A stretch of 63,947 bases of DNA, the filler included, from Octopus bimaculoides (Eukaryota): the NCBI RefSeq assembly GCF_001194135.2. It is 7 parts of 5 records of this genome, joined end to end, with 100 filler letters (N's around TTAATTAATTAA, not from the genome) between each part and the next. Parts side by side here need not be neighbours in the genome. Positions count along the whole stretch, not along the records: positions 41,687 to 57,875 come from NC_069004.1; positions 57,976 to 60,183 come from NC_068986.1; positions 60,284 to 62,845 come from NC_068993.1; positions 62,946 to 63,947 come from NC_068992.1; 3 more parts are not named here. The stretch is one strand, 5' to 3'. The notes beneath the pieces are model-generated. The model saw nothing but the letters and a program-made list of their open reading frames with translations, searched no databases and was not told the origin of the DNA. Position 1 is the first letter of the stretch. Every line of letters begins with the position of its first letter. Below, piece after piece: positions 51,495-63,947 of this stretch. A program made the translations under genes and the position numbers.

Positions 51495-51825
51495 ACATCT
51501 ATTGGTACTCCATTGGGGATGATGACAAGGGGTCCAGTTGATCTGATCAACAGAACAGTCTGCTCATGAAATTAACAGGCAAGTGGCTGAGCACTCCACA
51601 GACACACATACCCTTAATATAGTTCTCTGGGAGATTCAGTGTGACACAGAATGTGACAAGGCCGGCCCTTTGAAATACAGGTACAACTCATTTCTGACAG
51701 CTGAGTGGACTGGAGCAATATGAAATAAAGTGTCTTGCTCAAGGACACAACACACTGCCAGGAATTGAGCTCACAACCTCATGATCATGAGCCAAATACC
51801 CTAGCCACTAAACCACATGCCTTCA
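51495..51825 (-). mobile_element. tRNA-headed SINE family C
   Basis: Minus strand: TGGTTTAGTGG A box, GAGCTCAATTCC B-box-like, then GTGTCCTTGAGCAAGACACTT..TTGCTCCAGTCCACTCAGCTG; partial copies at about 16425-16560 and 11160-11245. Confidence 0.8.
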
Positions 51826-51844
51826 CTATACGCACACACACACA

Positions 51845-51885
<41 letters not shown>

Positions 51886-53086
51886 ACAAACTTGTTATGT
51901 AGCCTAGACTTGAGTGACTAAATTGGCACCCACCAGGTTACCTAGCAACCCAATAGGATAAAAACAAAACCTGTTGAGAGGACAGATGAATTGAGCATCA
52001 AGTCAATAACTAGCTAGCGATTGTGTATGACGACAGAAATACTTGATACAGTGATCAAGCACATTGTGAGAGCTCCTTCCTCAAGATTTTGTGACAACAG
52101 GTGTCTAAGAGAGGATCAGACAACGCTGCTTATGGTATGACCTGCCTACACCACCCTGATGCCTTATGGAGGATTCAAAAAAAAAAAAAAAAGAGTTAAG
52201 GGAATACATCCTGAAAGAAAACAAGTGGTATCAGTTTGGTTTAACCCTTTTGATACCAAACTACCTGCGACTATCTTGGTTCCATAGTATAACTGTCTGG
52301 TTTCCAAAAGTTCTGAATTAAAATCTTCCATTAAAACTGTTAATTTAAGTTCCTAATACCAGCTTGATAATAACAAAATCACTTTATTAAATCCTTCACT
52401 CTATTTTAAATTGAAGTAGACACAAGTATCTCAACAGAAATATGGAAATAAAAGGGTTAAAGTGATCTACATAAAAACATTCCATTGAAATTTCAAAACA
52501 CCTGCTTAATAATGACAAAATAATTTTGCTAAATTCTTCATTATTTTCAGAAATAATTAAACCAAAAGCAATGTATTTCAACAGAAATATAGTAACAAAA
52601 GGTTTAAGCTGGTTTCCAACAAACTGGCCTGGAATCATTCTTGCCACTGGATTTATCTCCCTCAGAGTTAAGACAGTGATACTGGCAAATGTTCACCCCA
52701 ATACCACTACACAACCTCACTGCATAGGTATCTCCTCCTGCAATGAGGAACATGGATCTTGAGTAGGGCTGTTGAAGAGTGCAATCCACAATACGAGATC
52801 AAGATTATAAACAGAGTAGGGGATATTTGATGCATGGTATCCTCTTCTGACTACATGAGATGTTATGACTCATCTTCTGAGAGACGAGTCATAACAGCTA
52901 GTCATGTTGTAAGAAGACAAACATCAAGGGTACGTGTGCATGTGCACGTACAGACATCATCATCATCATCATCATCATCGTTTAACGTCTGCTTTTCATG
53001 CTAGCATGGGTTGGACGATTTGACTGAGGACTGGTGAAACCGGATGGCAACACCAGGCTCCAGTCTGATTTGGCAGAGTTTCTACA

Positions 53087-53574
53087 TCTATATATGTATA
53101 AAAATGAGAATGTTTATCTGTGTGTGTGTGTGTGTGTGTGAATCCCTAAAACTCCAGAACTACACAACCAATTTCACACTTAGTGTCCCGGTTGTGTTTC
53201 AGTCAAAAAAAACTTTTAACTTCTTGCATAGTTCGAGCCCACAGCAACATCATATCTCCTCCACTATTTAAGTATTATGAGTCAAAAGTGAAACAAAAAC
53301 ACTCATGTCAAATACTTTCTCTTTAAAAATGAAACCTTTCCACTATTTCAGTATCAGAACTGAAACAATCACATTTCGATACTGTAATGACAGATACTTC
53401 CACTTTAATGGTTTCATTTTCATACAGAATCTACTACAGTGAAACTATACTCTCACATATATACAGGCATACATACATACATATATACATACATACATGC
53501 ATGTACAAATGTATCCATATACATGTATATATATATATATAAATTGTAAATCCAAAAAATAACAACATAACTAC

Positions 53575-53622
<48 letters not shown>

Positions 53623-54463
53623 NNNNNNNNNNTCCTGGGGCTAAAAGCAACAGTAACATCCACCCCTAGGAGTCAGCCACATTTAAGTGGCAATATACTT
53701 CACTTTATATATATATAGATATACATCTATATGCATACATGTATATGTATACATATGTAGATGTATATATTTAGATGTACATGTAATATGTACACATATA
53801 TACAGGCATACAGATATCTATACCTATATACACCCATACACACACACACACACACATGCACACAAACACACACATTATTCATTTGTTTTTTTATCCAAAA
53901 CTACATCAAAAGTACTGAAGGGATCTTTATGAAATTTGGAAATTATATTCTATGCATAACGGCCATAACCCTCATGAAAATTCATATGTTTTTGATGATG
54001 AAATTTTAACCATACATATTACACACAAATAAAGTAATATTTCTAAAATTTCTTCTTCTTAGAAGTTACAAAGACCCCTTAATGGGGACTTCACATGCAC
54101 AATTTAGTCATTTTTCCTAAGCAAAGACGAATACAGTTGTACCATTGGTAGCTATAGGGTCACCCAAACATAACAGATGAGCATTATTTCTAATTCAACG
54201 GTACAACAGTGTAAGACTATCCTTTCAGATATAGTTACATTGTGATTTCTGCAATGTGGTGCATAAATTGTCAAGTAAATGAGATGCATTTTTGCCTCCA
54301 CTGATTCACTTGCAAAGTGTTGAGTAAAATTATTTCGTTGCAGACCTCCTTTGAGTTTTTTTATTATCACTGGGTCACACATAGTCACCAGTTGGTAACA
54401 TTGATTTCAAGGCCTTCCCAGATGAGTGACTGGTTGTTCTAAGACGTCAGGTATCTCTGCTAG
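53087..54463 (+). mobile_element. Possible non-autonomous Helitron
   Basis: 5' A|TCTATATATG.. and 3' ..GGTATCTCTGCTAG|T; similar 3' ends at about 47700-47727 and 57850-57875. Continuity across the internal gap is unproven. Confidence 0.45.
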
Positions 54464-54489
54464 TACATATATACATACATATGTGTGTG

Positions 54490-55402
54490 CAGTGAGAGCT
54501 AGCAGTGACCTTCATGAATCAGTGTGCCAAGTGACATTGCCGTGTTTACTTTGCAGGTTGTGAAATTTGTTTTTGTGATCACAGGTATGCTGTAGTCTGC
54601 GATTTTCTCATGGAGAGGAACAAAGAACCAATGCAAAATCCTGTGTTAAACTTGGGATGTCTGCTACAGAGACATTGAGCAAGCTTACAGCGACAGGGCA
54701 AAGGGTCTTACGCAATGTTTTGAGAGGCACAGGTGCTTCAAAAGAGGAAGAACATCCCTAGAAGACAAACCACAAACATCGCCCCCAGAAATGTAGTACT
54801 GCGCATTGAGAATTTGTCCTCCAGGGCTAGACCATCAATTGAGAGTTCTACTATGATGTTTTGAAGCATTTGAGGGAGAACATTCAACAAAAGCAACCAG
54901 ATCTGTGGAGTGTGAAGAATTGGATTCTCATGACGACAATGCACCCTGTCATTGAGCTCTCCCACTTGCGAGTTTCTTGCCAAAAACAACATGGTATCGC
55001 TTCTGCACCCACCCTGTTCACCAGATTTAGCCTCTGCAGGCTTCCATCTCTTCCCCAACATGAAAATGCAGCTCAATGGTTGCCATTTTAACACTGTTGT
55101 CAAGATCCAGAGCGAATCCCAGGTTCTCGACCTACTTACAGAAAATGACTTCCAGGCTGGATTCCAGTAGTAGCCAGAATGCTGAGACCAGAGCCAGCTC
55201 AAAGTACTGGCAACTCAGGCATGACAAAGACAAAAATTATACTTGTAAGGGCACCAAATTTCAGCTTGCCAAGGGCACCTGGCTGGTACCAGTGTATTGC
55301 TGTGCGAGATGACTATTTCAAAGAAAATGATGTTAAAACTTAGGTAAATAAGTTATTTCTTATTAAACATAGTTAGTCTGGGAACATTTTTCATACCACC
55401 TC
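54490..55402 (+). mobile_element. Non-autonomous mariner, same family as 35965-36830
   Basis: HPPCSPDLASAGFHLFPNMKMQLNG and a 3' TIR; a third fragment of the family lies at about 57468-57632(-). Confidence 0.85.
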
Positions 55403-55568
55403 ACATACACACGTAGGTCTATATATATCATTATTGTTGTTTAACGTCTGCTTTTCATGACGGCATGGGTTGGACAGTTTGACTGAGGACTGGCGAGCCA
55501 GAAGGCTGCACCAGGCTCCAATCTGATCTTGCAAAGTTTCTACAGCTGGATGCCCACCCTAATACCAA

Positions 55569-55608
<40 letters not shown>

Positions 55609-56084
55609 CTATGAATTTCCATCCTCTTGCTATTGTTGTTATTACACACACAGATATAGGAGGGGAGAAAGAGAGAGCATAATATAAGTGAATGAAAATA
55701 GAACAGGGATCAGCTTCGTTAATTAATGAAGTTGATAACTTAATTGCTGTTCCCTTGTTTATTTAATTTCATATTACGCTCTGTACTTGCCTAACAATTT
55801 ATCCTGAAGCATATGCATCCTAAGCTGTAACAGGTTATTAGTACTGGTATGTTCAAGTGAAATTATAATTGACACATGTGTAAAACACATAATTATTAGT
55901 GAGGGATTATCAATTTGGGCAAAATACTTTATAAGCTCATTGTTAGTAAACCAGGCTAACAATATTGTTTAGATTAGTAAAGAGATCTGTATCTTGTGAT
56001 AGGATCCAAGGTTATCACCATTCTATAATGTAAATCCATGGTTGCAATCCAGTTATACTGTTTTGATTTTTTTTTACACAATGA

Positions 56085-56381
56085 TATACAAAACTAGGCA
56101 TAAATAATGATTATTACTTATTTTTCAGTATTGTAGTAAATTTGACTTAGAGCTGTTTCCAGTAATCATTATAGGTTCATTATTGATAAGTTTACTCAAT
56201 TGGCCCATTGATTGGTTGAGAAAAACTGAATGACCTAGAAAGTTAATGCTACTTTTGTTCCAGGGTCGATTGAGTAAACCCATCAATAATGAACTTATGA
56301 CTACTGGAAATAGCTGAGAGTCAAATTTACTACAATACAGAAAAATATGGAATGACCATTATTTCTGCCTTGTCTTGTGTA
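56085..56381. mobile_element. MITE-like foldback element with ~120-bp imperfect inverted arms and TA ends
   Basis: GTATTGTAGTAAATTTGACT..TTCCAGT..GTTCATTATTGAT..TTTACTCAAT mirrored at 56265-56381. Confidence 0.8.
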
Positions 56382-57783
56382 CACACACACTTGTTAGAGC
56401 CAACAGAAGTGATATTGTTCATTGCCAGTAAAACAAAAGTCCATTTATTGTATTATTGATGATATGAAAAGGTCATTGACTAAATGGGACATTCATCTGT
56501 CTTGGCTCATAGGATAGTAGAGTTCAGTTGATGTGAGCATTAGTAGCTTGATTTAACTGAAGAGCTCTTAAAAAGACAAACACTGCAAAAATCACCAGGA
56601 CTAAATACATAACAGCAAAGCCTCAACAAACACACCCAACATGCTAGAACTAGCAAGCAAATCTTCCTCAAATTATATCCATCTCCTTCACTAAAAAAAA
56701 GACACATCAGACAATGTTGTCCTGTACACACCTAAAAGAATAAAGGATGATCAAGGCAAAAACACTTGATTGTAGCATTGCTCTTTGAAGACTGACTTTT
56801 AGACACTAGATGAAGCTTTCTGTGCTGTTCAGTGAGTTAATGTATTTTTACATGACTTAACAGAAAACAATCATTATTTAATGTCCATTTTCCATGTTAG
56901 CATGGGTTGGACAGTTTGAAAGGAGATGGTGAGCCAGAGGACTGCCCAGTTCCAATGTCTGCTTTGGCATGGTTTCTATGGCTGGATCCCCCTTCCTAAT
57001 GCCAACTGTTTTACAGAGGGTACTGGGTGCTTTTTATGTAGCACCAGCAAGGTCACCAAGTAATTTGTAAAATCAAAGACCCCCCCCCCTCAACTGAGGA
57101 GGGTGGTAATATTGAGAGAGTTGTCTCTATGTGAGGTGATGAGAGATTAAAGTATGACAGAGAGACAGATGCATGTGTCATAATGTAGGGGAGACATATA
57201 TATGGTCACTCCCGTTAAAAAGAGAGAGAGCAATAAGATAGCAATGAAGATGTGCCAGGGCCTACTCTTGAACTGCAGGAAGGTGAATGTAAGACAATAA
57301 AGCAATCATCATAATCATTTAATGTCTGCTTTCCATGCTCGCAGGAGTTGGACAGTCTGACAGGAAAGAGCCAGCTGGAGAGCTGCCCAGGCTCCACAGA
57401 TCTGTTTTGGTATGGTTTCTATGGTTGGATGCCCCTCCTAAAGCCAACCGCATTACAGAGTGTAGTCCTCTGAAAAAGTCATCTTGCACAGCAATACACT
57501 GGTCCGAGCGTTCCTGCCACTTTTGGAATCCAGTCTGGAAGTCGTTTTCTTTAAGCGAGTCGAGGACCTTCTGCGATTTGCTCTTGATCTAGACAATGGT
57601 GTTAAAACTGTAAACTTTGAGCTGCATTTTCAGATACAATCCATCCCATTCTTATAAAAATTATAATTCTGTCCAAATTGGTGTGCTGAACTCAAACTGT
57701 TGTTTCTGCTCAGCATTAAAATTTACTCCACAAATGTTTTGTTAATGCTGCACTTGCCCAAATCACCTGTTCCAACGTAACTG

Positions 57784-57832
<49 letters not shown>

Positions 57833-57975
57833 AGCTATGCCATTTTAATCCTGAGCAATGCTAGGTATCTCTGCTNNNNNNNNNNNNNNNNNNNNNNNNN
57901 NNNNNNNNNNNNNNNNNNNTTAATTAATTAANNNNNNNNNNNNNNNNNNNNNNNNNNNNNNNNNNNNNNNNNNNN

Positions 57976-58801
<826 letters not shown>

Positions 58802-59399
58802 TAATAATAATAATAATGGAAGTGTTATCATGTACATTGTTTTGTCTTGGTATAAAAGATGAGCTACAGCAAATATTCTGCTCAATACCACAGATTTGCT
58901 CGTCAGTTGCTTCACCTTAACCAGTTGAGCATGTCCCTTGGTGGCTGACGATATGTGCATCTCTGATCATAAGCAGAAGTAGTGGGGGAGCATCATAGCC
59001 ATGTGTTGAGAGGAATTCTTTAGGATTTGAATAATTCACCTTTGGAAACATGGGTGTTTTGCTCAACATCCTTAAACAAACTTTATTCAGGGACCTTTTG
59101 AGTGGGGTGGGCTACTCGACCTGAAGAAAATCTAACTGGGCTCCACCTGCAAGGTCATGCGCTGTTTATCTTGATATGAGACCACTCTGATGCGCACATA
59201 TGGTTGTGATGCATGTGCCTGGTGTACCCTTTTCAGACGGGTAGTCATGGTGGGTTTACTGGGCTTCGTATATTTTACCCCAGTGTCACTTTGATGGCAT
59301 GCCCTGCTCTTTCACTCAATAATAATAATAATAACAACAACAAACTTTCTGTCATTATTATTAGAAAGTTCGTTCGTAGCAACACAAGATCAAGCATTA

Positions 59400-60097
59400 A
59401 GGACTATTTGGATGAAAACCAAAATACACAAAAACCATGTAGATTCCCAATGTAAGTTATGCAAATCAAAAGAGGAAAGTGTGACTCATATAGTAAGTGA
59501 ATGTAGCATGCTGGCACAGAAAGAATACAAGAAAAGACATGACAATCTAGGAAAAGTAATCGACTGGCAGTTATGTAGAAAGCTAGGATTTGAACATACT
59601 GATAAGTGGTGTGAACATGAACCTAGTAAATTACTAGAATGTAAGAAATAAAAGATGTCGTGGGACTGTAACATTCAGACTGACAGAGTAATAGAAGCTA
59701 GAATTCCTGATTTGGTAGCAGTAGATAAGGAGAATAGAAAGTGCCAGACAATTGACTTTATAGTTCCGAATGATGAAAAGATTAATATGAGAGGTATAGA
59801 AAAAATAGCAAAGTACCAGGACCTAGCTATTGAATTACAGAGACTATGGAAAGTGCGGGTAAAATGTATCCCCGCAGTTATAGGTGCATTGGGAAATATC
59901 CCTAAAGATTTGAAAAGAGATGGATAGCGGAAATAGGCATAAAACCCTGTTTAGTACAGCTCCAGAAAACAGTGATATTAGGTACAGCTTGGCATCGAAG
60001 GTTGCTTGCTGTAATATAACAGGAGGGTTCTTGGCATCTAAAGCTACCGATGTTAGGATTCTCTTCCAACAGTCTAATCTGGTGAGTATATATGAAA
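59400..60097 (+). mobile_element. R4/Dong-clade LINE 3' fragment (CCHC finger plus RLE)
   Basis: CKLCKSKEESVTHIVSECSMLAQKEYKKRHD..WDCNIQTDRVIEARIPDLV..IDFIVPND..EKIAKYQDLAIEL..VIGALG; (AAT)n at both ends. Confidence 0.92.
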
Positions 60098-60115
60098 ATA
60101 ATAATAATAATAATG

Positions 60116-60183
<68 letters not shown>

Positions 60184-60283
60184 NNNNNNNNNNNNNNNNN
60201 NNNNNNNNNNNNNNNNNNNNNNNNNNNTTAATTAATTAANNNNNNNNNNNNNNNNNNNNNNNNNNNNNNNNNNNNNNNNNNNN

Positions 60284-60319
<36 letters not shown>

Positions 60320-61764
60320 AAAGACAAGCAGTAAATATTTGATTGGTGTACATCCTATTAGCGGCTGCGCGCTATGACTTCCGAAAGAACAGGAAGTCAT
60401 AGTGCGCAGCCGCTAATAGGATGTGTATGTTTGACAGCTGAATTACTATTGAATAAGTGGAAAGAGAGGAAGAAAAAGTGAGAGGGAAAGAACGAGAAAG
60501 AAGGGTAAACAGAGAGATAAAGAGAAAGCAAGCGAGAGTTTAATAATGGAAATGAATTAAGTAGGACGATGGGAAAAGTATTGAAAAGAGAGAGAAGGTA
60601 GTGAGGACGAAATGAAGGCCATAGAGACATTAAGGTGTGACGAGGGAGTAGAGCAATATATCTGTGGGGGGTGGGTTGAGGAAAGGTACTTTCCTCTGTA
60701 TTATTGTAGGTGTCCGTATATGTCGGTGACACACATATTCGCATAATGTGTTCTTTAGGTTTTCTTTTTCGATTTTGAAAAATGTTTTCAATATGAAACC
60801 GCGTGTTGAGAACAATATTGTTATATTAAGGAAGGGTCGTAATCGATAAAGACTTATAAACACACTTATCGGTGCTTTGTCTAAATTTCACTTATCTTCT
60901 TTTTCAAAACAACGCAAAAGTCAGTTATAAAGTGGAAACCCAGAATTTATAAGAAAAGACAGTATATTCATTTAGAAAGGTATAAATTTGCCCAGAAAAA
61001 ACAAAAAACAAAACATTTAGTGGTTTGGGAGACTGTTTTGAAAAAGAAATAAAAGTGAAATATAGACAAACAACAAGCGGTGAATGAGTTTATAGGTTTT
61101 ATCTATTACCACTCCTCTCAAATGTAGTAATATTGTTTATTTCTTTCGTTTTAATAATAAGAACTACAAGCGACCCATGACCTCTTGCTGGGTATTTTGT
61201 TATTCATCATAGGCCTCTGGGCAATAAATACTTTGTTCACATCTTTGTATGCTTATATATTGCAATTTTTCTTAAAGATGAGTGGAAATAAATGATATAT
61301 ATTGATTCAATTTGACAATAAAATTATATGAAAATATAATTAAATCATGAAACGGAAATTGTTTAATCAGATTTTATTTTCTCTTTTTGTTGGACGGGTA
61401 TTAGGCTTGTAAAGATAAATTAGATAAAATCTACATCTCGGTTTAACGTTGAGAAATACTTTTATTTTCAAATAGACGCGTTCGTCACGATGGATAATAC
61501 AAATCTGTGGGTATGAGCCGTTTTGGCGTCGTCGTTGTGACTCCGCCTATCTGGCGTCGTTGGATCGACTCTTGATTAATTTGATAGAAAACGCTCTAAT
61601 GTTTCTCTTGTTCTCCCTTCTCTTTCTTTCTCTGCTTGCCTGCCTGCTTGTCTGTCTGTCTGTCTGCCAGCCTGCCTGTCGTCTCTCTCTCTCCCTCCCT
61701 CTGTTTATGTGTGTGAGAATATTTCTGTTTATGTGTATGAGGAAAGAAAAAGTGTTCATGTCAA

Positions 61765-61960
61765 TCGGCCGATATCATTTTGTGCCGGTCGCTGTCGGGA
61801 CCTCAGGTGTTCTAGGACCACGTACTACCAATTTCCTCCACAACATTAGGATAATGGCGGCCAGTCCGAGAAATGACGGCCGCAGAGGTGGTGTGGAAAC
61901 TGCAGCGAATACCGCTGGCCATTCTCAGTAGCAACGCCATTGCGGCACGGCTGAGGTCAC
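61765..61960 (+). mobile_element. CRE-clade non-LTR retrotransposon, C-terminal RLE fragment
   Basis: YHFVPVAVGTSGVLGPRTTNFL.. then, after a frameshift, LQRIPLAILSSNA. This resembles the CRE motif FvPvAvET-G--Gp-a--fl...QRiS-AiqRGNA. Confidence 0.65.
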
Positions 61961-62151
61961 CGTTTCTTCTGGGGTATGTAGCCGTAAACATCTTTATCTA
62001 AATACTCTAGTGCTCTCTAACTTGGAGCGTGCTTTTCTTTCTAATTTATGAGATACTGATGATATACAATATATATGTGTGTGTGTGTGTGTGTGTGTAC
62101 GTGTGTGTGCGTGCGTGCATGTGTATTTACATATATACACACATTCATGCA

Positions 62152-62256
62152 TACCTACCTACCTACCTACCTACCTACCTACCTACCTACCTACCTACCT
62201 ACCGACCTACCTACCTACCTACCGACCTACCTACCTACCTACCTACCTACCTACCC
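62152..62256 (+). repeat. (TACC)n microsatellite
   Basis: Directly visible. Confidence 0.95.
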
Positions 62257-63947
62257 ATCCAAGATTTCGGGCCTTGTGCCTAGAGTAAAATATAATTAAA
62301 AAAATCTGATGCAGATTCTCTGCTCAACTTTCTCTGACATGGTCAATGCGACGAACACACGCTACACACGTTACTTCCAAGCACTGCTGTAAACAGCGGA
62401 AGTGAGCTCTGTACATCTGAGTTTAAGGTCAATCTGTGCCAAGCGGCTTCACTCTGTGCGCTTTAGCTTCGTCATTATGGCAACAGTCCGGATACTTATT
62501 GATCAAACAACATACATACATACATGCATCCGTTGCATGCAAACATACAAACATAGTGCGTACATGCGTTACATGCAACAAACATATGTACAATCATGCA
62601 TATACATTCGTACATACATATATACATACATACGTACATGCTTTACATATAAACATGCATACATATATGCATACACATACATACATACATACATACATCT
62701 GTATTGCATACAGACATATACATTATACATTCATGCGTGCATACGTGTATGCTACCACACAACACAACCACTGCATACTGTACAACACCGCCATACCATC
62801 GCACACAACGATAAACATCACAATCACAATCACAATCACTACACANNNNNNNNNNNNNNNNNNNNNNNNNNNNNNNNNNNNNNNNNNNNTTAATTAATTA
62901 ANNNNNNNNNNNNNNNNNNNNNNNNNNNNNNNNNNNNNNNNNNNNTATATATATATATACACAGACACACACACACACCTAATATATATATATATACACC
63001 CATCTATCTATCTATCGTTTTTGCTTTTATTCTTTTATTCACATACATTTCTTACCTTCTAACTTTGTTTCTCTTTCTCCCCCACCTTCTCTTTCTCCCT
63101 ACGTATTTATATCTACACACACACACATACACACATACACACACACACATAAGTACATACAAGTTCTTGCTTCTATTTTTTACACATGCTCTTTTGTTAT
63201 TACTTTTTTTTGTTTTGTTTTGTTTTCCTTGAAAACTCTTGTGTGTGGTGCAGCAGCTGTCCTCTATTTGTCCGTCACTGGCGTCGCTATCGTTCCGACC
63301 GCAATCAAACCGGAAACAACTGCTGTCAATGACGTCATCATATATGGCGTCACTTTCTATATAACCGACAGTTTAGCGAAGAGATACGACTGCGGCGTGA
63401 CACAAAACAACAACAACAACAACAATAGTGGGGCGGAAATCATTGCTTTTCATACCAATTATTTATTGACTCTTTCATTATTCACAACCAGCTTTAATCT
63501 TTGTAATCGGAATTAGCCATAATTTCAATTAATCTTATTTAAAGAATTCAATGAAATTATTTTGTTACTTCTTTAGAAAATAATTCTTTACAGAGGCAGA
63601 AGACGATGATATATTTTGGGACGTGAACAGAGCAATCGATTTAAATCGATTCCAGAGTTTCACATTTTTTTCGTTTACCGACCCAGGAAGGATGAACAAT
63701 AAAGGCGTTCCTGCTAAGGATTTGAACTCATCGTGGCGAAGGTCGTAAAGAAATACGTCAATGAAACTTGCTCGTTGCGTTACCGATTTCTGTCAATCCA
63801 CCTCACACTTACACACACACACACGCGCGAGCACACATATGCACTCAATCCCCCCCACACACACACACACGTACTCTCTCACACAGACATACATATATAC
63901 ATACATACAGACAGACAGACTGATAGAGAGAGAGAGAGAGAGAGAGA

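Overview
AT-rich eukaryotic (animal) genomic DNA saturated with microsatellites, SINEs and transposon relics. The repeat families and gene content suggest an octopus (cephalopod) genome; this is an inference. Six 100-bp N spacers carrying an artificial TTAATTAATTAA split the window into seven joined pieces. Recognisable host genes are three coding exons of UBFD1 (minus strand), the terminal exon of a divergent TNF-superfamily ligand (minus strand), and two spliced exons encoding the C-terminus of an unidentified gene. The mobile fraction includes several tRNA-headed SINE families, five R4/Dong-like LINE fragments (four ending in TAA repeats), RTE and CRE LINE fragments, Tc1/mariner relics, nested hAT MITEs and Helitron-like ends. 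The most interesting observations are a 5S rRNA joined to a SINE 3' tail and flanked by a target-site duplication (candidate 5S-derived SINE) in a UBFD1 intron, same-polarity trains of TAA-targeted retroelements, a higher-order repeat that looks like a decayed 12-aa protein repeat, two pre-miRNA-like hairpins, and a sharp CpG-decay domain visible by comparing copies of the same repeats. No prokaryotic features or CRISPR arrays were found.
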